From: a virus
Taxonomy: Duplodnaviria; Caudoviricetes
IMG/VR virus record: IMGVR_UViG_3300017751_000023
Location: 1 to 54,622 of that record
Direction: 5' to 3' (one strand)
DNA: 54,622 bases
A program made the position numbers and the translations under genes. The notes under the pieces are model-generated. The model was given only the letters and a program-made list of their open reading frames with translations. It did no database searches and was not told where the DNA came from. How positions within the stretch are numbered: position 1 is the stretch's first letter; the number at the start of each line of letters is the position of its first letter. This document shows, piece after piece, positions 47,264 to 54,622 of this stretch.

Positions 47264-47575
47264 CTAGCCTTTCATTATCTTGTAGCCTTTAGCCTTAGCA
47301 GCAGCTCTGAGTTGACCAACAGACATGCCTCCTGCTGCGTAACCCTTCTTCTTCATAGTAGCTCCACCCTTAGCCATACCCTTCTTCTTTTTGGTCATAC
47401 CACCTTTGTTCATTTTGCCTTTACCGTCCATTGCAAACTTGGGCATCATCTTCCCTGTTTTAGGGTCTTTAGCCATAGGCATTTTGACTCCACCCTTAGC
47501 CATTCCTTTTTTCTTCATTGCAGCTCCACCACGAGCCATACCTTTTTTCTTCATCTTACCTTTTTGCATTGCCAT
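47264..47575 (-). CDS. Lys/Met/Gly-rich repeat protein (KKKGMAKGG repeats)
   Basis: GAGGAG RBS; five hydrophobic-x-x-GG units. Confidence 0.8.
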   Translation of the reverse strand: MAMQKGKMKKKGMARGGAAMKKKGMAKGGVKMPMAKDPKTGKMMPKFAMDGKGKMNKGGMTKKKKGMAKGGATMKKKGYAAGGMSVGQLRAAAKAKGYKIMKG

Positions 47576-47577
47576 AG

Positions 47578-48258
47578 TTATTTCTCCTCTTTAGCATATA
47601 AGTTATTAAAGACTCGTTGAGTATCCCAAACATACTCAGTCTCTTGTTTTGAATGGAACACCCTCTGGTTCGGCATAAAGTCAGGTGGTCCTTCCCCTGT
47701 CTCAAACCATGCAGGGTGGGTTACTCGTACTCGATTGTTTGGTAACGCTACTATGTTACCAGTGTACTCTCCTGCTTCCATCAACTCTAACACATGACTT
47801 TGTTTATGTTGAGCCGGGTCATCTGCTATCTCACTGTTTGTATAGTCTACAGTAAAATAGTATTTCGCAGGGTAGAACTCTCCTTCTATCTTGGCTATCC
47901 AAGGAGCAGGAGTCGCTCTATTCAAAACGTAGACCGAGTGGTCATGCGACATGCAATCCCAAGGCTGTGCTACGTATGGTGGTAACTCTCGCGGCCATTC
48001 GTCATATGGTGTGTCACCAACCAATGCTGTGATGGGCATCCTAGCCCACATTGCTCCACCGTGTACGTTCTCTTCGTCTGTGTCATCCACTTCACAGCCA
48101 GTGAATATAACTTGAAAACTGAGTGACCTATTCGGTAAACTCGTTACGGCTATTACCATTGCGTGTAAAAACTCGCCATGATATCGTTGAAAGTTACAGG
48201 TGTATTCTCTTCTCACCCAAGTTTTAAAATAAGGTATGTTGCTTTGTAAATATGCCAT
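47578..48258 (-). CDS. Conserved phage protein of unknown function
   Basis: MAYLQSNIP, GGAMWARMPI.AL, QPWDC, Y.FTVDY, QHKQSHV, PNNRVR. Confidence 0.8.
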   Translation of the reverse strand: MAYLQSNIPYFKTWVRREYTCNFQRYHGEFLHAMVIAVTSLPNRSLSFQVIFTGCEVDDTDEENVHGGAMWARMPITALVGDTPYDEWPRELPPYVAQPWDCMSHDHSVYVLNRATPAPWIAKIEGEFYPAKYYFTVDYTNSEIADDPAQHKQSHVLELMEAGEYTGNIVALPNNRVRVTHPAWFETGEGPPDFMPNQRVFHSKQETEYVWDTQRVFNNLYAKEEK

Positions 48259-48264
48259 GTGCTA

Positions 48265-48293
48265 ATTATAACACACCTTAAAAACAAAATCAA
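48265..48293 (-). promoter_or_regulatory. Promoter, probably giving a leaderless mRNA
   Basis: TTGATT, 17 nt, TATAAT, 6 nt, ATG 48258; no SD. Confidence 0.6.
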
Positions 48294-48296
48294 GTA

Positions 48297-48647
48297 CTAA
48301 GCTGCAGTTGTTTTTGGTATTTCTATTATAGACGTAATAACATGCAACCTGTTTGCTGTACCTGCCGTTACCTTAATAATGTCACCAGACGTTAGTATTA
48401 AGTCTCTAGTGAATAACTCTACTGTTCCTTTAGAGCCTACAGCCTTATCCTTATACACGCTGAATACATCACTACCGTTTGTAATCGTAACCGTTATTGT
48501 ATCAGCATTAGCACTGTCCTCTGACACGAGCATAGACTGTACCACAGAGACTGTGAGGGCAGGACAGGTGTAGACGGTAGTAGCATTTGTAGTCGTTAAA
48601 TCCGTCTTTACATTCTTCAGCCGAGAGGTGCTGAGAACATTTGCCAC
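48297..48647 (-). CDS. Small beta-rich virion-type protein
   Basis: TTVYTCP...L..GD.IKV..S..E; resembles 29159-29545. Confidence 0.7.
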   Translation of the reverse strand: MANVLSTSRLKNVKTDLTTTNATTVYTCPALTVSVVQSMLVSEDSANADTITVTITNGSDVFSVYKDKAVGSKGTVELFTRDLILTSGDIIKVTAGTANRLHVITSIIEIPKTTAA

Positions 48648-48898
48648 TATCTACCTCTTCTCATCATTCCTCCACCGTAGAACATTCCCTTCTTACGGTA
48701 GTCTGTCATGCCGCCCTTGTTCATCGTTAGTCCAGTGGTGGGGTTTACTTTCCTGCTCAAACCATTCTGCATAGCAGACTGTGTTAGTCCTCCCACGTTC
48801 ATCTTCTTCTTCTTTTTCATTTTTTTTAACTCTCCCTTTGGAACTTTTGCTATGCCTATAGATAGCACCATTACATTTTCTTTTTCTTTTTTGCTCAT
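48647..48898 (-). CDS. Small basic protein with MNxGG motifs
   Basis: MNVGG, MNKGG, DYRK.GMFYGGG. Confidence 0.7.
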   Translation of the reverse strand: MSKKEKENVMVLSIGIAKVPKGELKKMKKKKKMNVGGLTQSAMQNGLSRKVNPTTGLTMNKGGMTDYRKKGMFYGGGMMRRGR

Positions 48899-48902
48899 AT
48901 TT

Positions 48903-49196
48903 TTACCACTTTACTTTGTGTGACCAGTATCGTGCCGACATTATATCAGGCTTTGAGTCCTGTGCGTTGTGTCGTGCGTAATACGACTTCTTTCTTGCTT
49001 TATCTTTAGCAGTCGTAGGATTTTTACCTGCTCCCTTGACTCCCTGTTGCCCAAATCGTATTAGTCTTAACTCGTGACCCTTTTGTGCCAGAACCATGTG
49101 GGACTTTGTTTTATGGTCTGGTGTTCTTTTGGGTTTGTTTACCCCTTTTAGATTATGTTTCTTGAGGAGTGCTGCTCTTCTATTCTCATGTGCCAT
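48903..49196 (-). CDS. Small basic conserved phage protein
   Basis: NKPKRTP.H..KSH.V, IRFGQQG, R.SY.ARH, YWS.KVKW. Confidence 0.8.
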   Translation of the reverse strand: MAHENRRAALLKKHNLKGVNKPKRTPDHKTKSHMVLAQKGHELRLIRFGQQGVKGAGKNPTTAKDKARKKSYYARHNAQDSKPDIMSARYWSHKVKW

Positions 49197-49443
49197 AGTT
49201 TTTTCTCTTTACGTGTGGCTGATAAACATCTTTTGCTTCAAGCATTCCCTCCAAATACATTGCCCTCTCTACGTGGTCTAGTGTGTAGCGTACACCAGTG
49301 TCCTGAAATATCTTTTCACGGACGTAGAAGACATCTGACCTTGGGATGTGACACCTTCGTAGTCTTGATTCATCACCATCAGCTAAAGCTTTATAAAATT
49401 CGTGCAAGACATTATCGCTAACATACGTTTTTGTCTTTGGCAT
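49186..49443 (-). CDS. First gene of the structural arm, hypothetical
   Basis: ATG 49443 (MPKTKTY) lies 7 nt after the -10 box; the track's upstream extension is promoter sequence. Confidence 0.7.
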   Translation of the reverse strand: MPKTKTYVSDNVLHEFYKALADGDESRLRRCHIPRSDVFYVREKIFQDTGVRYTLDHVERAMYLEGMLEAKDVYQPHVKRKNYGT

Positions 49444-49450
49444 GACCCTA

Positions 49451-49478
49451 GTTATACTTTCTGCGTGTTCCTTGTCAA
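49451..49478 (-). promoter_or_regulatory. Sigma70 promoter, leaderless
   Basis: TTGACA (49478-49473), 16 nt, TATAAC (49456-49451), 7 nt, ATG. Confidence 0.8.
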
Positions 49479-49615
49479 GAACAAACGACAAAAAATACAC
49501 CTTCCCCTTTAATTTAATTTTTTGTTACTAGTATACTTAAAGTATTCTTAAAGTAACTTTAAATATTAACTAAAGGAGTAGGAGACTAAGGTTAACTTTA
49601 AGATACTTTAAGTAT

Positions 49616-49643
49616 ATTATAATGTATACATAATGTATGTCAA
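49616..49643 (-). promoter_or_regulatory. Consensus sigma70 promoter
   Basis: TTGACA (49643-49638), 16 nt, TATAAT (49621-49616). Confidence 0.85.
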
Positions 49644-50111
49644 TAGAAATCTTCCCTTTGTAGGGAAATAAATACAGATTGTGACATAAATGCTTAACAT
49701 TATCCATCAGGCTACTGATTCGTTAATAGTAGCACAAAGTTTAATCACAGTCAATACAAAATGTTTAAACTTTAGGCAATACTTTCGTTGCACCCCAGTC
49801 CTCCCCCTCCTCTGGAGTAATAATTAACAGAACTTTGTGTAAAAACTGTGCAAATGCTTAATATTTAGGCAGAATAATTGCTGCTGCTTAAAATATACGC
49901 TGCTGTATACAGTGGTTAACAGCCTAAAATTCCCCTCTCTGGCAGAGTACATACATATATACGTATGGGGGTGGGGTGGCACATGCCCTGCCCTGTAAAA
50001 CAGCACTAGTTATAATGGAAAAAAATAAAATTTATACATTCTCTGCGTATTTCCCTTATTTTATTGACGATTATACACAATAATACATTATCGAATGATG
50101 GACCAGCCCTG

Positions 50112-50124
50112 TAAATCATTGATT
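50112..50124 (-). promoter_or_regulatory. IHF consensus site
   Basis: AATCAATGATTTA matches WATCAANNNNTTR; includes the palindrome AAATCA-T-TGATTT. Confidence 0.45.
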
Positions 50125-50213
50125 TTATTGAGTTTTTCATCGAAATTAAAAAAAGATGTACAAAAATGAAAAAAAAGCTTGTACTTTGTTTCGATATGTG
50201 CAGAATGATAATT

Positions 50214-50660
50214 GTTGCTACGGCAAGTCTTCAAATCTTAGAACATCGGGTTCGAATGATTTTACAGATTTAAAACTTGAGATACGGCAAGCCTAAATGA
50301 CTAAAATTTTTTACTTGACGATTTAACGATTTTTTGATTAACTGATTTTGACGATTACATAGACCGAACCATAGTAGTTCGCAGAGTGCGTGGGAGACCT
50401 CCAACATTACGAGTGTGTTGGCTGTAGGGAAATAAAATGCCACATGCTAGGGTCGGTTTGAGATTGAGAGGGCTAATCTTATTTCTCTTTAGATGGTGGT
50501 AGTAATATGGCTGAGATGCAAATACTCCACGGCAAATAAAATACCTTGCAAATGTAGGGTTGTTTAAGACGAGCCAACTCGTTTATGAGTAATCATAGGA
50601 CAACCCTTATTTTGCCAGTAGTTTATACCATAGGTAGTACCTCACAATTTATGCGAGGTA
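50214..50660 (+). ncRNA. Candidate structured ncRNA/early leader
   Basis: Multiple nested stems with UACG and GUAA tetraloops and G-U pairs valid on the + strand; no ORF. Confidence 0.45.
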
Positions 50661-50667
50661 TTTAATT

Positions 50668-50901
50668 ATGAAAAACAATATATTCAACATTATCGGTTTT
50701 AGAAAATCACAGAAGATGGTATCGAATGATATCGCTAGAAATATGATTACAAATTTAGTTAGTAAGGATAAGAGTTATAAGTACATCTACGGTAAAAATG
50801 GTGAGATGCGTGGTTGGGTTATCGGCTTCATGCGACAAGGAAGCAAAACGCAACCATGGGGAGACAACAACATTAAATCTACTTTTGGTTTTCAAAAGTA
50901 A
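50668..50901 (+). CDS. First early gene, hypothetical
   Basis: GAGG RBS; NIIGFRK start. Confidence 0.7.
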   Translation: MKNNIFNIIGFRKSQKMVSNDIARNMITNLVSKDKSYKYIYGKNGEMRGWVIGFMRQGSKTQPWGDNNIKSTFGFQK

Positions 50902-50930
50902 TTGACAACAATCTTTCGAGGTGCTACCTA
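50902..50930 (+). promoter_or_regulatory. Possible early promoter
   Basis: TTGACA, 17 nt ending TGC, TACCTA. Confidence 0.4.
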
Positions 50931-50957
50931 TCGTATAAACTAGAGGAGTGATACGAT

Positions 50958-51212
50958 ATGGGTAAATATAGTAGACGGCATTATCAAGATGTGGCTAGAG
51001 AGATAGCCATGGAGTATAGAGGGACTAAGGATTTTGATTGGATTAATCGAAATAGGAAAGTGACTCGTAATGATGTTTATGTTCGGACTATGAAGATAGA
51101 CACATTGAGAAATTTGGTATCTAAATTTGACGTAATCTTTAGAATAGATAATGAAAGATATAACAGCGATTTATTTATTAAAGCGTGTGGAATAGAGGAG
51201 ATGCAGAGATGA
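50958..51212 (+). CDS. Early hypothetical protein
   Basis: GAGGAG RBS; SRRHY..VA...F..DNERYN...F..ACG. Confidence 0.75.
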   Translation: MGKYSRRHYQDVAREIAMEYRGTKDFDWINRNRKVTRNDVYVRTMKIDTLRNLVSKFDVIFRIDNERYNSDLFIKACGIEEMQR

Positions 51213-51310
51213 TGGACTTAGGAACAATACTAATAGGTATGGTGTTTGGATATGCGATAATATTCATATTTATGTTATGGCTAATATGGAAGGATGATAG
51301 TATACTATGA
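51209..51310 (+). CDS. 33-aa single-TM micropeptide
   Basis: GAGGAG RBS; ATGA overlaps at both ends. Confidence 0.55.
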   Translation: MMDLGTILIGMVFGYAIIFIFMLWLIWKDDSIL

Positions 51311-51570
51311 GAGAATATAATGGACATAGAAGTTGGAATGCGTGGAATGTCGCATTGTGGCTGAGTAATGAATACAATCTTTATCAGGAGATTGTAGACA
51401 GGGTTAGAAAGAATGGATTGACTAAGGCTGTCAACATGATGTATAGAGATATCGGAGGGTATAAAACTCCTGATGGAGCAATATACAATAAGCTATCTAT
51501 AAAACTGGCAATAGAGGGAATGGCTGAAGATATGGATGTACCTGATGTAAGAAAGAGAGGAGAACTATGA
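51307..51570 (+). CDS. Early conserved phage protein
   Basis: YNGH.SW.AWNVALWL.NE..LY, KTPDG. Confidence 0.75.
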   Translation: MREYNGHRSWNAWNVALWLSNEYNLYQEIVDRVRKNGLTKAVNMMYRDIGGYKTPDGAIYNKLSIKLAIEGMAEDMDVPDVRKRGEL

Positions 51571-52193
51571 TTGAGAATATAAAGGGAGTATACTATCTCT
51601 CCAAGGCATACGAGAAAAAGCATGGAGATGTATGGTATAAGTTAGCCAATAAAAGCTGTAGTGCGATAGCTAAAAAAGTAGGTATGCACTCGGCTATTGT
51701 TGTGGGTGTACTGTCGGCACTCTCTCCTAATAATAAATGGGAGAGGAATGTTATTGATGCAGAGAATATGTGTGTGGCATACAAGTCTGACATACCCTTG
51801 GATGAAGTGAAAGTGTGTACATACAATGCCAATAAACAAAAGGCAATAAAGATATTGGGCATACTCGACAAGGGTAGTATGGATTTAGAGAATGATATTA
51901 GAGAAATACTGAATGGCAATAAAGTAAAAGCATTCTTTAATTGTATACACAACTATGAGACCAACAAGACTACAGTCTGTATAGATGGACACGCAAAGGC
52001 TATCTATATCGGAGAGAAGTTTGCTCTGAGTAGTAACAGTAGTAGTATAACTAACAAGCAGTATAGGGTTATCTCTCAGGCATACATAGATGCCACAAAA
52101 GAGATAAACGAATCGGAGGGTACAAGCTACCTACCCTATCAGATTCAGGCTATAACATGGGTAGCATGGAGAAGAATACATAACATTAAATGA
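51567..52193 (+). CDS. Conserved early phage protein (possible HhH-GPD-like DNA-binding/glycosylase fold)
   Basis: WY..A, GVLSALSP...W..N, KV.AF..I, V.IDGHA, Y.....AY, QIQAITW. Confidence 0.65.
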   Translation: MIENIKGVYYLSKAYEKKHGDVWYKLANKSCSAIAKKVGMHSAIVVGVLSALSPNNKWERNVIDAENMCVAYKSDIPLDEVKVCTYNANKQKAIKILGILDKGSMDLENDIREILNGNKVKAFFNCIHNYETNKTTVCIDGHAKAIYIGEKFALSSNSSSITNKQYRVISQAYIDATKEINESEGTSYLPYQIQAITWVAWRRIHNIK

Positions 52194-52423
52194 GGAGTAG
52201 GGTAATGTATGAGATTATAAACGATATATATAAATGGAAAGACTGTCAGCATTGTGGAGATGAATGGGAGTACCAATGCTATGAGTGTGAGAAAGCAGAG
52301 GAAGAAACTAAAGAGCCACACTCTTGCAATGATAACGCAGTATACTATGAGTATGCTGAAAGTAATCACAGGTATCATGGCTATGAGTGTGGTATCTGTG
52401 GCAAGCTATTACAAACAGGATAA
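52190..52423 (+). CDS. Zn-finger small protein
   Basis: Three CxxC pairs; GAGGAG RBS favours a start at 52205. Confidence 0.7.
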   Translation: MRSRVMYEIINDIYKWKDCQHCGDEWEYQCYECEKAEEETKEPHSCNDNAVYYEYAESNHRYHGYECGICGKLLQTG

Positions 52424-52432
52424 GGAGTAGAT

Positions 52433-52606
52433 ATGTATAAAATTAGAGAAGCACGAATAAGTGAGGACGTTGTGGAGTACCAAGTGACTGATGGAGAAAC
52501 GTCCTATTCATATTTTTATTCAAGGGAAGAAGCACAGGAATGTGTAGACAATTTGAACAATAAGAGTATAATTACACCTGAACAATTAAGGGAGTTAGGA
52601 CTATGA
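52433..52606 (+). CDS. 57-aa hypothetical protein (not in ORF track)
   Basis: AAGGAG RBS; MYKIREAR...FYSREEAQECVD; ATGA overlap with the MTase. Confidence 0.65.
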   Translation: MYKIREARISEDVVEYQVTDGETSYSYFYSREEAQECVDNLNNKSIITPEQLRELGL

Positions 52607-53775
52607 GTTATGACGTAGCAGTAAGTATGTTCGATGGGTTGTCAGGCACGATGATTGCCTTACAGGAGAAGCTTGGCATTACACCAAAAGAATACCATGC
52701 CTTTGAGGTTGACCCATACTCTAGTGCCGTTAGTCGGTACAACTATCCTGACATTATCAGGCATGGTGATGCTAGGAACTGGAGAAATTTAGAGGGGAAG
52801 AAGATTGACCTATTCGTGGCAGGTTTTCCCTGTCAGAGTTACAGTGTGGCAGGACTACGGCAGTTCCAAGATGACCCACGAGATATGTCTAAGGTTTTAC
52901 TAGATGCCTTGCGAGGTCTCGCCATTGACAAAGTATTGATAGAGAATGTTGCGTCAATGCCTAGTGAGTGGCGAGATTACTTTACCAAGATATTCAAGGA
53001 GATATTCCCTGATATAGAGTGCCATCAATTAAATAGTGCCAATGATTCGGCACAGAATCGCAAGAGATTATATTGGACAAACATTAAGTTTAAGAGGTCA
53101 GATGACAAGGGTATTGTACTCAATGACATACTTGAAGATGGTGGTATGGCAGACAGAGACAAGTCATACTCTCTTGATGCCAACTACTTCAAGGGTGGTA
53201 ATCTCAACCACTACTACAAGAGAAAGAGGAGACAAGTAGTGTTCGATAAGAATGGCTGTAAGCAAGTCGGAGAAGCAGACCTAAAGGGTTACGATATAAT
53301 CAAGAGGGTATACAGTAGGCAAGGCAAGAGTCCTACTCTCACGACTATGCAAGGTGGGTGGCGAATGCCTAAGGTAGAGTGTGGTCAGATTATCAATCGC
53401 AAGATTAATCCTGAGACAGGTAAGAGAGATGACTACAACCCTAACATCAAGGCAGAGCCACGCATTGAGACTAGGAGTGACGGTAAGACAAACACACTCT
53501 CTACAGTACAGAAAGACAATGTGGTGGTTGACCACGAGCAAATGTATTGGAGAGCATTGACACCATTAGAATGTGAGAGGTTACAAACTATTCCAGATGG
53601 GTACACAAAACATGGTGTGTTCCCATTGTTAAAAGAGTTTGTTCCTGATGAGAGATACGCAGAGCCACCTACGACAGTTAAACCACTTAGTAACTCACAA
53701 AGATACAAGATGCTTGGCAACGGATTCTGTGTAGACACAGTTGCTGACATTTTGAAAGGGGAAGTACATGAGTAG
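52603..53775 (+). CDS. DNA (cytosine-5) methyltransferase
   Basis: SMFDG.SG (I), GFPCQ (IV), ENV (VI), QNRKR.YW (VIII), LTP.ECERLQ (IX), YKMLGNG (X). Confidence 0.93.
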   Translation: MSYDVAVSMFDGLSGTMIALQEKLGITPKEYHAFEVDPYSSAVSRYNYPDIIRHGDARNWRNLEGKKIDLFVAGFPCQSYSVAGLRQFQDDPRDMSKVLLDALRGLAIDKVLIENVASMPSEWRDYFTKIFKEIFPDIECHQLNSANDSAQNRKRLYWTNIKFKRSDDKGIVLNDILEDGGMADRDKSYSLDANYFKGGNLNHYYKRKRRQVVFDKNGCKQVGEADLKGYDIIKRVYSRQGKSPTLTTMQGGWRMPKVECGQIINRKINPETGKRDDYNPNIKAEPRIETRSDGKTNTLSTVQKDNVVVDHEQMYWRALTPLECERLQTIPDGYTKHGVFPLLKEFVPDERYAEPPTTVKPLSNSQRYKMLGNGFCVDTVADILKGEVHE

Positions 53776-53848
53776 AGTTACCATATACTTCTTGGCAATC
53801 GTTACGTTCTGTTATATAATGGACGTAACATTTAACTATATATTTTAG
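53768..53848 (+). CDS. 26-aa hydrophobic micropeptide
   Basis: AGGGG RBS; MSRVTIYFLAIVTFCYIMDVTFNYIF; fills the gap. Confidence 0.4.
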   Translation: MSRVTIYFLAIVTFCYIMDVTFNYIF

Positions 53849-53859
53849 AGGAGAAAGAT

Positions 53860-54237
53860 ATGACAATTAAATGGGAAAACAAATTGACGAGAGAGTGGGT
53901 AAAGCAAATAAGACAGGCTTTACAAGACTCCATAGAAGTAGATGGATTCGATATAAATGTAGGCAATGCGTCCTTTGATGACTCAGAGGTGACGTTCAAG
54001 TTAAACCTTAGGGTGAAGGGTGCAGAGACTAGGGAGCAGAGAGACCTGAAGACATACGCAGAGATGGACAAGATAGACACAGCCAAGATAGGAGAGATGA
54101 GAGGAGAGAAGTATTCCCTGATTGGTTATAGAGTAAAGGCAAAGACAAGACCTTACATAGTACAAAACTTACACAACAATAAGGAGTATATATTTACAAC
54201 GGCACAGGCTCAACAGTATTTTGGATTGGAGGTATAG
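53860..54237 (+). CDS. Early hypothetical protein
   Basis: GAGGAG RBS; Y.LIGY...K.RPYIV. Confidence 0.75.
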   Translation: MTIKWENKLTREWVKQIRQALQDSIEVDGFDINVGNASFDDSEVTFKLNLRVKGAETREQRDLKTYAEMDKIDTAKIGEMRGEKYSLIGYRVKAKTRPYIVQNLHNNKEYIFTTAQAQQYFGLEV

Positions 54238-54371
54238 TGAGAGTAATTAGCTAAAACACTCTAACACTCTTACGGTTTTGCTAATAAGATAATTAAAACA
54301 ACAACTTAATGCCGTAAGACCATTGTTAATCACTCTTACGGTGGTCTTACACTATTACAGAGGAGTAACGT

Positions 54372-54622
54372 ATGAAAGCATATCTAATAGACCCTGATAA
54401 GCAAGAGGTGACAGAGGTAGACTACTCTGGTGACTACAAGGACATATACAAACTGATAGACTGTTCCACGTTTGACGTTGTGGGTATCACTCCTGAGGGA
54501 GATGGCATATACATAGATGACGAGGGATTGTACGCAGAGAAGAAACATCTGTGGTCTTTCAAAGGTATTCTCCACAAGAATCATCTGTTTAACCTCGTCA
54601 ACAAAGGACTTGTGTTAGGCAC
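54372..54622 (+). CDS. 5' part of a junction-spanning gene (continues to TAA at 197-199), DUF3846-like phage protein
   Basis: GAGGAG RBS, then ATG 54372: MKAYLIDPDKQEVTEVDY...IYIDDEGL...NKGLVLG. The frame continues from position 2 to 199. Missing from the ORF track because of the wrap. Confidence 0.8.
   Translation, partial: MKAYLIDPDKQEVTEVDYSGDYKDIYKLIDCSTFDVVGITPEGDGIYIDDEGLYAEKKHLWSFKGILHKNHLFNLVNKGLVLG
54500..54622. repeat. Terminal direct repeat, copy 2
   Basis: AGATGGCATATAC...GTTAGGCAC, identical to 1-123. Confidence 0.95.

Noticed and set aside
50240-50265. GGGTTCGAAT as a tRNA T-loop or attP
   Set aside because: No acceptor, D or anticodon arms could be built around it; it sits at the tip of a simple hairpin.
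50395-50450. Cobalamin riboswitch (AGGGAA, GCCAC) given the class II RNR
   Set aside because: The core GGTG.AA.TCC and CCC.C..CTGT elements are missing, and the site is far from nrdJ.

Overview
Apparently complete, circularly assembled genome (about 54.5 kb; the first 123 bp recur at 54500-54622) of an AT-rich tailed phage with a podovirus-type virion module and no phage RNA polymerase. Gene content resembles marine podoviruses of Alphaproteobacteria (HMO-2011-type/cobavirus-like gene pool); this placement is inference. There are two arms. The + arm (50668 through the junction to 12373) carries small early genes, a C5 DNA methyltransferase, a tyrosine recombinase, a SleB-like hydrolase, ThyX, primase-helicase, PolA, SSB, nucleases and a class II RNR. 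The - arm (49443 to 12375) carries small basic proteins, lysis genes, terminase, portal, scaffold, capsid, tail, a modular tail-fibre cluster and internal virion proteins. A ~1.2 kb non-coding control region separates the arm starts. Main leads: (1) twin inverted promoter plus CUCCU-loop hairpin elements at 1079-1168 and 49531-49643; (2) a recurring hydrophobic-x-x-GG motif across putative capsid-cargo proteins, together with a DDIPAxLSxGEYV domain; (3) a ~450-nt structured early leader/ncRNA; (4) five paralogous tail cassettes that all end in a GDLA-stop/SD/start junction; (5) a probably multispecific methyltransferase alongside codon-level CCWGG avoidance. All family assignments are from motif recognition by eye; no searches were run.
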